Shown: positions 24,636-37,795, counted from the whole stretch's first letter. The stretch is 60,179 nt of DNA, filler included, from Basidiobolus ranarum (GCA_040143965.1; 8 parts of 8 records of this genome joined end to end with filler, not necessarily neighbours in it); one strand, 5' to 3'. The notes: a model not told the origin generated them from the letters alone. Numbers and translations: made by a program.

Positions 24636-24800
24636 ATCTCTGGCTTCCTACCGTTGTAGAGAATGCGCATTTAAATCTATGAATGATGATTCGAAAGAGC
24701 TCATCACAGGAGTAGGGGGCTATCAAGCTCCGAATGGTGACTGCGGTCATCACTCCCGAACCCTTCTTTACAACCTTGTTAGCACAAGGTTGTCTTTTTT
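24636..24800 (+). ncRNA. Candidate structured ncRNA, Pol III-like, family unrecognised (5' end approximate)
   Basis: TATAAAT at 24608. GNRA hairpin 24684-24706, three-way junction 24709-24756 with a cUGCGg loop, perfect 10-bp hairpin 24770-24793, then TTTTTT. Confidence 0.55.
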
Positions 24801-25115
24801 AATAACTAAGAAATCACAATAAATTGGGATTGATTAAAATAAACCCTTCACCATTAAATAAGGAATCTCGTGATTGAGTTTTTGATGAAAATATCTATTT
24901 CAATACAAGTTTTATTCAAATGGGCAGAACCCTAGGTATCTAATCAAAAGAGCATTTGATCATTCTTGACTTCCGGTCTATTCTTTTCACTTTTATTAAC
25001 TGTGTGAAGTTCCAGAATGCCTAGTGCTTAAATTTCTTTTATTTCTCTATATCATTTAAAATTACTTTGCATCTTTTGATTATTTTTATTTAATATATTA
25101 CTACCTCGAATAAGT

Positions 25116-27496
25116 ATGAAGCATCAGCCTACTTCTCCTCACACTGATTACGTTACATCGGTAAATGTCGATGAGAGACTCGGATCTAACCCTGAGGAAT
25201 CAGTCATAACAAAACGTAGAGAACCTGATACAGATGAAAGTGGAACTAATTCTAAACGTGTTAAAATCGATAAGCAACACGAAAACACGTCCATCGACTC
25301 TAATGTGGATCTTCACCTGAATGTCACCATGAGAGCCGAATTATCGTCTGATTCCAATACTGAAGATAAAACCGAAGTTGGTACGCCTTCCATGGAACAA
25401 ATCGCCTCTGAAAACTTGCTCGCTATCGAGCCAGCTATCGATACTGCATTCGAACCTACCAGACAGAGTCTTACATCGAAGCTACTAGGAGAGTTGTCCG
25501 ACGAAGAAGAAAATAGTAATCCTGACGATAGTGAGGGAGAAAGCTTTGTTGACGAAGACTGGGACGGGGGTGATCTTGATGATGCTGACCGTGAATTATT
25601 AGGCGATGATGTAGATGTTGAAGGAGATTTAGCCGATCTCCTTTACTCTGACCTCGCTCACCATGAAGGTTCGTGTAGAATATTAGGATAGATATTTATA
25701 TTTAAAAAATCTAACTATCTGAATTAGACCCTCTGGAATTTACCCTCTATACAGAAGAGGAACGGCAATCCATTCGGGCTGACGCACGACAAAAAGGTAA
25801 GTTCTACCATAAAATATTACTTTCGATCTACCCAGTTGACTCTTCGATTACGTAGGTATCGTGATGTTTATACGTGAATATGTGCTTGAGAAGAAAATAC
25901 CTGTGGCTAAACTACTAGATGTTTTCGACCAGAAATTGGTAAATTTCAAGATAAACATAGATTGAAAGCATGTGACAATAATTTCTCATCATCTCTTAAT
26001 AATAGGCCGCTAGAGCAATGGGACGCCCTATGTTGCAGCTTTTACCGCTGTTAGAACTCTTGATCAGTCGATTTTTAAGAGAGCGCCAAAGACTTCCGGA
26101 TGTTAGCACAGTTGAGGATGTTGTCCGACTTATCAAAGAATCCAAGAATATCATGATATTAACTGGTGCTGGAGTATGTACATGCGCTAGTAGATACTGT
26201 TCACGCTATCTACTGACCACAATCAAATCATTCCTCTTTTTAAGGTATCAGTTTCATGTGGCATTCCAGATTTTCGCTCGCCTGACGGAATCTATTCCCG
26301 ACTTTCTCAATACAACCTTGAGGATCCCCAAGAGATGTTTGACATCGGATACTTCAAAGACTACCCTGAAGTGTTTTACTCCTTTGCCAAAGTATTAGCT
26401 TGTTGATAACTGCGTGCTGTTGAGATATTTATTAACAGAATCTTCAATAGGAGTTGTATCCTACTAACTTTAAACCCTCTCCAACACATGCATTTGTGAA
26501 ATTAGTTGAAGAAAAGGGAAAATTACTTCGTAATTACACTCAGAATATTGATACATTAGAACAGGCTGCTGGAATACAGAAGGTTCTTCAATGCCATGGT
26601 TAGCTTCGGTGATATTTGACTGGGTATTGAACGTGGATTGTATATTTATGCATTTGTCTGTTGTTGTGTAGGCTCCTTTGCATCTGCCAGCTGTATACGT
26701 TGCCATTATCAGGTGCCTGGAAGTGCCATTGAGCAAGACATCTTCAATCAAGTAGCTGCAGTCTTCTTTTTCAATCTGATTTAGGAATGATTACTAACTT
26801 CATTGATCAACCGTAGACTATCCCACGCTGTCCTAAGTGTATAGCTGAAGATCCCAATCTAGATGATGCCATTATGAAACCAGACATTGTTTTCTTTGGT
26901 GAGAAGCTGCCAGATGCATTTGAAGAGCATCTTTTAGAGGACTCGCGCCAAATCGACTTACTCATTGTCATGGGATCTAGTCTTCGTGTAGCTCCAGTAT
27001 CTAACATCATGAGTAAGCTGGTTACTGAGACAAGCTTATCTAGCACATTGGTCTAACCTTTACTTTTCTAGGCCACATTCCACAGAATGTTCCACAAATA
27101 CTCGTTAATCGGACACCCAATACACACATCAACTTCGATATACAGTTGTTGGGAAATTGTGACTCCATTGTGACAGAGTTGGCTCGAATGCTAGATTGGG
27201 AGCTAAAGCATGATCAAATTCCTGGTGGATCCTCTGCTGCGGTACTTGACCGAGTTGAAAAGCCATACACATTCCAAGAGCCATTATATTATTTGTTCGA
27301 AGGCGCTGTATTTGACGATAAACATTTATTGGAGTTCAGCTCGGATAGTGAGGACGAGGAAACAACATCAAGGAAATCTCAGAGGCTTGCCAAGAATCAC
27401 TCCCCTAACTCTGAAACGGACCAGGGAACCAGTGAATTACCGACTACGAAGAATGGGGAATCCCAAGATTCGGCAACTCCTCAGGAAATTAATTAA
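25116..27496 (+). CDS. SIR2: NAD-dependent deacetylase, class I sirtuin (Sir2/SIRT1), multi-exon
   Basis: [44 protein letters not shown], CxxC zinc pairs, [19 protein letters not shown]. Confidence 0.95.
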
Positions 27497-27872
27497 TAAA
27501 GAGGAATCTTAAATCTCAATGAATCTGTATCTTGCTAGATCTGGGCTTTCCGGTCAACTTTGTCACGGTTACACATATATGTGGACCCTTTATGTTGCCA
27601 GGATACATCAATAACAATGGATAGTGAGGCTTGGCAAAGAAGTTGGATTTATTTGCAAATACATGACGAGAATCTCTATCAATAAATATAAAATATTAAT
27701 GCCATTAAGAATATTGTGTTGAATGGGAGGGGAGGGAAGGTATTAAGCATAGGGCTTGTAGTTGACTTATTTATAGAACGCTTGTATGTTAATGGCAGCC
27801 AAAGATTAAGGCTAAATGTTTCATTGCAGGGAAGGGAAAGAGGAGAAAGGGAAAATATTCATGACATTATCA

Positions 27873-29376
27873 TCATTTCTTTTCCTCCACTTCAGCGACA
27901 GGTTCAGCCTGAGCTTTTTCGAAGATGAAGCCAATTATTTTCAGTGCTTGTGCTCTCTTTTTAATTACATGTCTTGGGCAAGAAGGATCACCCAAAACGT
28001 TATCACAGACATCTCTCAATACTGATTCCACTTCCAGTTTGCTACCTCTCCAAAGAGCATTCAATCCTTTTTGTGCTGCTTGCTCCTCAAGTGCAGTCCT
28101 GGCTTCAGCGTCCAAACCTTTCTTGTCAGCGTCTTGGAGTTGAGTAAAAGTACTTTGCATGTCCATTGCTGATCTTAGGGTAGAATAAGTTTCACCAAGA
28201 ATATGGCTCTTCTCACGGAACTGATGGAAATAACGGCCAATTCCAAGGAATTCATCACGACCTAAGCACTGACGAGCTTTAAGGCTATATGTATAACCAA
28301 TGGCGTGAAGAAGCTCCACACCGTAAGATTCCGCTTGAAGATCGTTGGCTTCATGTTGAATGTAAGCTTTAAATTTAGCTACTGACTCTTCATCTCCTGA
28401 GGATTCAGTAAACATGGCCAATTTGTTGGTAAGATTTTCTGCCAATTTATTAACCCGTTCAGCACGAGCTTTGGAGCGTTCTTCGGATTGTTGTTCTTCC
28501 TTTGCTTTCTTTTCTTCCTCACTTAAAGCTGCTTCTTCAGATTCGGGGTTCGACTCTTGCATGGCCTCTTTAAAGTCTTGAGCAATAGAGATTTCTCCGA
28601 TCCAATCCACAAACCGATCTCCACCAAATTGCTGCTTAAAGAAATCCTGAGGATTAACTAGAATGGGGGTTAATATATCAGCAAAAAGAAGGAACATAAA
28701 TTCCACATGTTATTATCCCTTACCAAAACCACCTTCAGGAGCAATGTTATTTTGAGGTCCATACTCGTTGTATTTCTTACGAAGTACAGGGTCGGAAAGT
28801 ACTTGATAAGCTTCGGAAATCTTTTTAAACTTTTAACACAAAAAAAAGTAGGTTAAACACATGCGACTAGAGAGAAGTGAAATGAACCAAATTCCTTACC
28901 ACTTCCTCAGCATCAGCTTCTTGATTTTTATCAGGATGATACTTCATAGCCAAATTGTAATATTTCTTTTTGATCTCACCGGCAGTGGCGGTAGGGGCTA
29001 CACCAAGGATATCGTAATATTCAGTAGAGACGGGGTTATCGTCTAGTAGATCATAGTCATATACGAGTATAAAGATTAAGAAATGTAGACTTTCCAAAGA
29101 ATATTATTACCCAAAAAGATAAATACCTGTGCCTATACGCCACGAACGCTCGCTTGTGTTTCCATTACCAGTAGAGCCGGTTTTTGGAGTGTTCAAAGTA
29201 TTGTTGATATATGAAGCAGCATCTATTTCAGCAACATTATTACAAGAGAAGCATTGAACTTGAGCTTTGCCTGAGGAAGGTTGAGTGGGAAGAGAGAATT
29301 CAAATAAAGTTTGACATTTTGGACATTTGACTGTCGCATGGGCTGGTTTATGGGAGGAAATAATGGAAGCTGACAT
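27873..29376 (-). CDS. J-domain co-chaperone with DnaJ-X domain (Djp1/Caj1-like) and N-terminal zinc ribbon
   Basis: EYYDILGV...[59 protein letters not shown]-terminal CPKC...CFSC. Three introns. Confidence 0.9.
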
Positions 29377-30018
29377 TTTGCTTTATGTCCTCTTGCTGAA
29401 ATAGAAGCTATAAAAATTAACTTGTAAAGTTTATATATTAAAAATTGAGGGGAAGCTAAATTGATGTCTGGTCAGATAGTTAAGTTTTTCGAATGATTCA
29501 ATTATTTTTCCGCAACCAACTGATTTGTGGATTCTATATAGTTACATTGGTACTATAATGAATTTTTTTGACATGTGATAGACACAGGATGAGTAGATAT
29601 CATTAGTAAACCATATTTCTAGGAGGAACAAACTAAGTGATGGTTCATAAATTATTAACACATTCCATGAATATTAAAGGAAAAGTGAATCGACAAGTAT
29701 CAAGTTGATAAATTTATTGTACTACGATTTTTTATCTTCGATAATTTCCCTGCTACGGAACGCAAAATCCATAAAACAGAGAGTACTAACCATATTTGCT
29801 GCAATGTCTAGTCTTACTGGTTAGTATAGATATTCAACTTCGTACTAATTCTGAGTAAAGATAGTAACAATGGATTTTAGACCTTAGAAGTAACCAATAA
29901 ATAATATCATGCATGCTATTATATCTATTTAGAGTTGAAACACTAGACCATATAGCTAGTTCTTAGAATGTTTATTGATAGGTTGACCTGTTCATGATTT
30001 CATGCAAATTTACAAAAC

Positions 30019-30097
30019 TTATTTGTTGGAGTTGAAAACCAAGAGGTTGGGTGTGGCCTCTTTCAGTCCAGTGATCACATCTTTGGTAGCCTTGGAC
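30019..30097 (-). CDS. Second subtilisin C-terminal fragment, identical to 22678-22756 (partial)
   Basis: 79 nt identical in reverse complement to the left copy; 3' UTR homologous but diverged. Confidence 0.7.
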
Positions 30098-30197
30098 NNN
30101 NNNNNNNNNNNNNNNNNNNNNNNNNNNNNNNNNNNNNNNNNTTAATTAATTAANNNNNNNNNNNNNNNNNNNNNNNNNNNNNNNNNNNNNNNNNNNN
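30098..30197. other. Artificial contig spacer
   Basis: N44-TTAATTAATTAA-N44. Confidence 0.98.
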
Positions 30198-33100
30198 ATG
30201 AAATCACCAAAATATAGATTACTGATCAAATATCAAAGTACTCACTTTAAAGCTGATGGTATTACCAATATACTTGATATAGGCGACAGTAAGCACTGTT
30301 GAGTTAGGTAAAGAAGCAACCTGACTCTGTTGTGGAGATCTAAAGACTGTTGCTGGCGTTGTTGAGCCAGGCAAGGAGGTGGCCTGAGTCTGTTGTGAAG
30401 ATATGTTGGTGGAAGTACTGGGCAAACCAACAGATTGGCCTTGCTGAAGTGGCTGATTAGCATTGGCTAAAGAATTGTGATAATTTGTATATCGATTTAG
30501 CAGAGCTTGGCGAATGGAGACTAGTCTTGGTATATTGGAGATGTCATTTAGTTCGGATAATTGTGAGATAGGCACAGCGGATGGAGAGTAAGCTTGGCTA
30601 ATAGATGAAGTCGGTGCATAAGGTTGCTGAGTACCAGTAATTGAGTTTGGAGCTGGTAAATTAACAAAGTTCTGCGGCTTTAATTGCCACAAAGTAGGCT
30701 TCTGTGACACAGACGTCTTCGAGGCTGAGGTTGCCGGAGGAACAGCAGTAGGCTCAGCAGGATTTTGAACAGGTAATTCATCTTTCTCAATATCATCCAT
30801 AGTCTCGGACTCACTTTCACTTAAAACGACATTCTCGTATTCTTTATCTTCTGGCATTCTGATCATTCGAGATTTGTTCTTTGGAACGCTCTCGGATGGA
30901 GTTGCATCAAGTTGCTCAGAATAGTGGATTTTCTATTAAATAAATTTTGGGTTACGGTTGGCCTTGAGGTTATAAAAATCAATACTTAATATACCTTGGT
31001 TCTACGAGCACCACGGCCGTACTCGACCGCGTCTTCTTTTCGTGATTCAGCTAAGCGATCTTTCAATATGTTATCCCAGTAATTTTCATCTTGAGTTTCA
31101 GAATCTTCAGTTCCATTATCGTTCACCCAAACTCTAGCAAAACTGAATGCCCCTCCAGAGGAATCAGCGATTCGTGGAGTACTTGAGGGGTCTGGTTCGC
31201 AGTTTGCCCTTTCCAACAGTTGTTCTAGCGCAGAATCATCGTATTTAATTGTTCTGGTCTCTGCCAGGCCTGGATTGTTTTCTTCATCAAATAATGCCTT
31301 GGCACCAAATTTCAATATACTCTCAACGTCAGTGGTATCCATATCATCATCATCAAGCCGCTCAATCACCAAATGGTCAAGCACTAGTTTGGTCTTGGCA
31401 ACCTCCATGATCTTTTGCTCAGCTGAATTCTTTGTAACAAGCTTGAGGACTAGAACTGTGTTCTTCTGACCGATTCTGTGGGCACGACTGATAGCCTGCA
31501 TGTCAGCATGTGGGTTGAAATCGGGATCAAATATGATGACAGTATCGGCAGTAGCTAAATTCAATCCTACACCACCTGCTCTGGTGGATAGCAGAAACAC
31601 AAAGTAATCGGAGTCTGGCTTATTAAAGGCGTCAATATATTGCTGGCGGACTTCACCAACCGTTGACCCATCAATTCTTAAGAATTTGTAGTCCTCACAC
31701 ACAAGATAATCCTCCAAAATATCCAACATAATCTGGAATTGAGAAAAGATGAGTACGCGGTGTCCTTGCTCTTTTAGTTTTTTCAGCAAACGATCTAGAA
31801 GTGCCATTTTCCCACTAGCTTCTATCAGTCGAATCTGGGTTTCTTCTAGTGACGTAAAGGTTTCTTCAACACCGTTAATCAAGTATGGGTGATTCAGGCA
31901 CTTTCGAAGTTCCATCAAAATGTTCAACATGGATGATTTTTTTTGGTTGGATTTACTATTCTTCCCAGTAATCGACTTTAGAAGTTGGTAATTGCGACCG
32001 AGAATTCCTTTGTATATCTCTTTCTGAAGCAACGTCATGCTAACAGGAACAATGACTTCATGCTAAGTTTAAAGTGTGTCAAATAATGGTATTGGTGCGA
32101 GTTAGAAATAATGTTCACTTACTTTACTCGGAAGTGTGGTCAAAACCTCAGCTTTGGTTCTTCTTAGAATATACGGTTTGACCAACTTGGAAGTAGAATG
32201 ATGCGTAAGTATATGAAGAAACTACAGTTACATCCGACTTATTCCCATAGTACCTCATGAAGTTCTCCGACTAAATCTTTCGAGAGATGCTCATACTTTT
32301 CCTCTAACTCTGCCTTCATCTTGAAACTCTTCGGGTCAATAAAACTTAACAGATTAAATAATTCTCGAATGTTGTTTTGCAAAGGAGTGCCTATTAAGAA
32401 CGAGTAGGGGCTTGGATCACTATAAGATCTTGAAAAATATTGATTTAACCCGATACGAACCTGTTAGAATGACTTTATGCCCGGCTTTGACCTCAGACAA
32501 TTTCGTAAAGAATTTGTTTGTTTCGTTTTTGAGTTTATGCCCTTCGTCGACAACCAATACTTCCCAAAAATTCTTTTTAAAAACGGCGGTTTCTTGAATG
32601 ATCATCTCGTAAGTAGTAATAACAACATGGCATCGGAGTTGTGAATTTGACCCTTCTTGAAACATTTCGTATTTTCGAATAAGTTTACGACTAGCACTAG
32701 ATCCGCTGTACGTCGCAACAACCAGCTCTGGTTCCCACTTGGAAAATTCCATGAGCCAATTTGCTAGGACGGAATTTGGGACTACAATGAGGAAGGGAAA
32801 TACTGCTCTGGCATTGAACAGAATACTAAGGAACGCTATGATTTGCACCGTTTTACCTGTAAAATGGTCTAAGTATATCACGTATACCATGAAGCATTAC
32901 AAAATGAGTGTTACCTAATCCCATCTCATCGGCCAATATACACGAAGACTGGTCTAACCACTTGTATAATAACCAACTATAAAGATAGAGTGTAAACAAA
33001 ATATTCTGTTCTAGATCAAACAAGCCATTACTTACTTTACACCCTCCAGCTGGAATGGCATGAGTTCTCCACCCTTAAGATAACTAGGCTGCTTCTTTAA

Positions 33101-35660
33101 TTCAATAAATTTCCCTGTGGACTTCTGCGAGTGACGAGATGGAACTTTGACTTGACATTTCTTGATGAATTTACGGAACGCTTGAGCATAATGGTCATAT
33201 TCTTCGGAACCAGCCTTTGGTGGGTCGTCCCAAGTTGCTAATTATAGAGGGAAGAATTACAATGGGTTAGAGCATAAAAATGAAATTTCAAGCAAGAACT
33301 CTCTTCTTACCTTCGTCATATGGCAGGTTTTGCCATTTGGCAAACATAGCATCCACATCGTCTGGTGTAGCATGCCCTATACTAACTTTGTCTTTGAAGC
33401 GAACATCCAAAAGTCTGTCTACCAAGGTCCATTCTTTTCTTATGACTTTTTCGGGCGGCTGAGACTCGGGATTCTTTTTAATAAACGCTCGTAGAAGGGC
33501 TGGAGAGACATCAAACAACCACCTTGATGTCACCCACTCAACATGATGATAAGATAGAGTTTTGAATTTGACTAAATAGAGAATATCCGTCCCTGATTCA
33601 TTCTCCCAATCTTCAATGAGATTGTGTTCTTTCTCTTCATCAAGGTATCGAAAAGTCAATATCTTCTCCACATCTTTTGGCCATACTTGACAATCATGGC
33701 ACTTCCAGATGGTAATGCGTCGCTTTCGTCTACTGCTAGTTTCATTGTCGACTATTTCAGTGTTGAAGCCGTCCTCATAGGATTCATCAAATGCTTCGAC
33801 GTAACATTGCTTGTGAGCAACATAAGAGCATCGATGGCATGGAAGTAAAAAGTTACTCTTGGAATCAGGTTCTATGCGCAAGGGAATCTCTCCTTTCTTA
33901 CCACATTGATAACAATGTGCTTGTATTGAGTCATCATTCTCTTCAGGATCACTTGTATTTATCTCTTCATCGACTTCCATATATTCTTCGTCAAGATCTC
34001 TCACAGTTTTACCGGCATCAGCATAAAACTGTTGCTCACCAGGCGGTACTACACGATGGAAAAGTTTACGTTGACTGCGACGCTGCGGTTCGGAGGATAG
34101 TTCATCACTCGAACTATCTTCAATTCGTAACCTTTTAGAATGGTTAACAGATTTCAATTCTTCTGAGTCACTACCCATGATTTTATTACTATTTCGTGTA
34201 CGCTTTGTAAGTCGTTGATAATTCCGCACTTTGGGCGTTAAATCGTCGGATTCTTCTTCCATCTCAGAGTCTGTCGTATCGGAGGCATCACTCATGTTGG
34301 GGGAGCTTTCACCATCCGAAGGCTTGAAGTCTTGTTGTTCCACTGATTCGTTTGGTTCAGTTGGTTCGACATCTATAATCACTAGAGAGCAGTACAAAGA
34401 GGGTAAGGACAGGTTCTCAGATAAATAAGAAGAGCTCTTTGTAACAAAGTATGGTTACCTGATACCTCGGGATACCATACGTAATCGGTGTGAGGTAGTG
34501 GCAACTGTGGCACATCTATAAAAAAAGCTGGATCTTGAAAGCTGGTGATAAAAGGATCGTTCTGATAGGAATCAAACGAATGTAAGCTGCTAGATGTTAC
34601 ATCGGCACTGCTTTGTGGGTTTTCTTTAGAGTATTCAGAATGTTCAAAATCTTCTATCAGATCCAAATGATCATCAATCTCTCTATCATGCAGCTATCAA
34701 GAACGATAGAGTACACTGTTTAGTAATCTGGTCAATTAATACGAATCATGATAGAAAAAGTCAAAGTATACCCATGATGTGTGGCCATTGCTCCACTCAG
34801 CCTGGTATCTGGGCTTCCCATTTCCTGATATTTGATGGGCAAGAATCCGCACAACTGTTACGGGGTCTTCTTTTTTCTCATGTTGGAAGGATTCAACGCT
34901 AGAAATGTTTCTACGCTTATCTGTGATAAAAAAGAAACCACTTTAGACTATGTACTTATAAATGCTTATTCAACATGACACTAGTCATACTTTTTGATGA
35001 ACTGTTTGGTGCTGTCATATCTATTTTTTTGCCCGAACGCGTTACACGTTCACTTCCATTAGCTGTGTGACTCTTCATTGAGTTTTTTGGCGTTGTAAGA
35101 GCATTATTCTGTTCACTATGGGTATTACGTACAAGCGGAGTAGGCGAAGTTAGAACAATGTCACTATCTTCGGATTGTTCAGATAGGTTCTGAATTTCAA
35201 TTATCTGAGCTGATTCCACGGCTTCAAGTTTTTCATTGCAAATCAACAAAATAGCTTCCTTCTCTTGAACAGTTTCAGCCTTATTGAGTTGTTTTAACAA
35301 GGTTTCTAGCTCTTCTTTTTCGGGAACTTTAGAACGAATGAGACTTTTCAATCTTTTGGTGACTTCCTCGTATGTGGTTTCTAAGTTTTTACGTTTAAGT
35401 GAGGGAGAATTCTGGTGAGATTTAGCAGTTTCCGCTTTGGATGCGTGTGCCTCAAATGCGTAAATTAAGGCACTACAGTGTTCAAGATTTCGACGTTTTT
35501 CCCAGGTGGCTTGATCCTCTGAATAATCTTTCCATTTGACCAAATATTCTTTTCCTTTTGGAGTGGTTCTGCTAGCTAAAACACTTTCCACCTCATATTC
35601 CTCGTTTTCACTTCCCACTTGCTCAATGTTGGCTTCGGTCTCGTTATCTATGGAAGACAT
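30198..35660 (-). CDS. CHD3/Mi-2/Mit1-like SNF2 chromatin remodeler (chromo, chromo-like, PHD, tandem chromo, SNF2, helicase C); 3' end uncertain at contig edge
   Basis: ILADEMGL|GKTVQ, VVDEGHKLKN, LTG|TPLQNN, ELRKCLNHPY, LLSTRAGGVGLNL, QAISRAHRIGQ, C4HC3 PHD. The 5' exons splice in frame by eye. Confidence 0.9.
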
Positions 35661-36204
35661 TCCAAGTGTTGCCTTAACCTCTCTTGTTGTTTTAGTGTAT
35701 ATAACCTAATCAACGCGTTGAATGCAAAATAATAAACCACTAGAAGTTGAGATAAGTTCCAAGTTTCTCTATGGAATACAAAAATATATTAACCAAGAAA
35801 GGGAGCTCTATGCGGTCACAAATAGTAGTAGTTGAAGAGTAAAATGGATATAGATAAATTTACAGAGAAACTTATTTACCCAATTCCTAATACTAAATCA
35901 CCATTATTGTGGCAGTGATGTGTTCTTGAATGTTTTATTTTCTATCAATACATGTAAATATCAAAACAAACATTAATTGTTTTCTTCCCAATCAATTAAC
36001 GCATTGTGATTTGGGATTAAATCACAGATCATCAAAATACAATGAAACACTAAGAGTCAAGTCAAATTAATGAAATAGTTCTCTGCTAATAGCTAGTTTT
36101 CTTCTAAACTCTTATGAGTTTATATAAACTCATCAAACTGACCATTCACTAAACTCGTACACTCTTTCAGTATTTATTAAAATGATGGTATAAATTATTC
36201 GGCT

Positions 36205-36238
36205 CAGTATAGATGGGCAGTATAGATGGGCAGTATAG
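36205..36238. repeat. 13-bp tandem repeat x2.6
   Basis: CAGTATAGATGGG CAGTATAGATGGG CAGTATAG. Confidence 0.85.
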
Positions 36239-36384
36239 GTATTTAGCCAACCCAAATCGAATCTAATGGTATATGACACAGGGTATAACTCAATGATATG
36301 GTTGTGGTATTGTTAGTGGATAGGAATGAATAATTAACTATTAAGAGATTATTTGCATACAAAATCTACTGCGGCGTAGATCCT

Positions 36385-37626
36385 TTACAATTGTCCTTGT
36401 AACACAAGTTCAATTGCATTGTTGATAAACTCTCTATGAGTGCTCATATCTACTCCGAAGGTAAGCGACAGTTGCTCGCGTACCTGCTTTTTGGTAACTG
36501 TCATTAAGTCAGCAACGGAGAGAATTCGGCGAATCTCCGCCAGAATTTCGTCGTCGTTGGGGAAATGGCTATAGGAATACTCGGAGCGGTGATCATCCAA
36601 GGCGCTTGAAGTTCTGCTAAGTACCATTTGTGGAGGATAGTATGAGGGAGTGGGTGCACGATCTGGAGAATATCCTAGAGAAGCTCTAGAGTCACCAAAC
36701 CCATTGATAATGGAGGTTGAGTGATTTGCAACAGGCATTGGTGAGGCTGGATGTGACGGTCTTGATAAGGATCTGGCGGAAGGTGGATAGTAGACTTGTG
36801 GATCATATGGGTTGGTGTATGTGGAACCAGGGAACTGAGAACCGCCGTAGTTGGATCCGGCATAAGGTGATTGTGAACGTTCCTTATTCTCGGAATATTG
36901 AGAGTTTTCAAATGGAGTTACTGATCTTGATCTCGACGTTGGTCTGGTGCCGGAATCTCTAGACACACTGGAGCTGGCCTCCCATACTTCCTGCTCAAAT
37001 TGACTCCATTTCTTCATGGGGATGGAGTTTGGATCGAAAGGCTCCTCGTTCAATATCACTTTCTTCTCACCTTTGTCACCTACTATCACACGAGTATTAC
37101 CCCAGGAGAAATCATCGAAATGCCAAAATGAGTAGATCGGGATAGCAAAACCGAACAATGGCATCGCAAGTAAATAGATAACCATCCAGCCAATATGTTG
37201 CCATTCTCGCTTAATGAGAAATATGACCGCTTGAAGGCCATATACCACACCAAACATGATCAAGGCAACGGTACTCATGTTATTTGGATCGATACATGCA
37301 GAAACAATTAAATAAAACAGGTACACTACGGTGGCAGGCATCGCTAAAGTACCAAACAGATCTAAAACCACTACAAAGCGCATAGAAAAGAGGCAGAATC
37401 CGCAAAGGTCAGGGAGGAATACTAGTTCAAGTAAGTTGTGTACAGTCGAGTTGATCCAACGACGACGCTGTGAGAGCAAAACTGACCACTTCTCGGGCGC
37501 CACCGTCAAACAAACAGCATCAGAGGTAAACTTCATCTTGTATTGTGGGAAGTGCTTCAACATCAATGTGGTCAAGTAACGATCTTCACCAAGTGAAAGC
37601 AGATTCTTCTTGTGCAGTGTGTCCAC
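36385..37626 (-). CDS. Chitin synthase, class V/VII type, C-terminal part with DEK_C domain (5' truncated)
   Basis: [30 protein letters not shown], and the C-terminal [20 protein letters not shown] motif. Confidence 0.95.
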   Translation of the reverse strand: MDTLHKKNLLSLGEDRYLTTLMLKHFPQYKMKFTSDAVCLTVAPEKWSVLLSQRRRWINSTVHNLLELVFLPDLCGFCLFSMRFVVVLDLFGTLAMPATVVYLFYLIVSACIDPNNMSTVALIMFGVVYGLQAVIFLIKREWQHIGWMVIYLLAMPLFGFAIPIYSFWHFDDFSWGNTRVIVGDKGEKKVILNEEPFDPNSIPMKKWSQFEQEVWEASSSVSRDSGTRPTSRSRSVTPFENSQYSENKERSQSPYAGSNYGGSQFPGSTYTNPYDPQVYYPPSARSLSRPSHPASPMPVANHSTSIINGFGDSRASLGYSPDRAPTPSYYPPQMVLSRTSSALDDHRSEYSYSHFPNDDEILAEIRRILSVADLMTVTKKQVREQLSLTFGVDMSTHREFINNAIELVLQGQL

Positions 37627-37726
37627 NNNNNNNNNNNNNNNNNNNNNNNNNNNNNNNNNNNNNNNNNNNNTTAATTAATTAANNNNNNNNNNNNNNNNNN
37701 NNNNNNNNNNNNNNNNNNNNNNNNNN
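37627..37726. other. Artificial contig spacer
   Basis: N44-TTAATTAATTAA-N44. Confidence 0.98.
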
Positions 37727-37795
37727 CATCAACTTTCTCGATTACATATTCGAGCAGCTTAGTCTTTGGCCTCCTCCTTCTTTTGCTTTCCAATC

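Noticed and set aside
24701-24741. HDV-like ribozyme (GG-stem-CGAA-UGGUGA pairing with UCAUCA)
   Set aside because: Only 8 nt lie where P3, L3 and the 3' strand of P1 (about 21 nt) are needed, so the double pseudoknot cannot form.
24621-24760. Structured RNA read as a C/D snoRNA or telomerase RNA
   Set aside because: C-box-like ATGATGA motifs are present but there is no CTGA D box; AACCCU is only one telomeric unit and I saw no pseudoknot.
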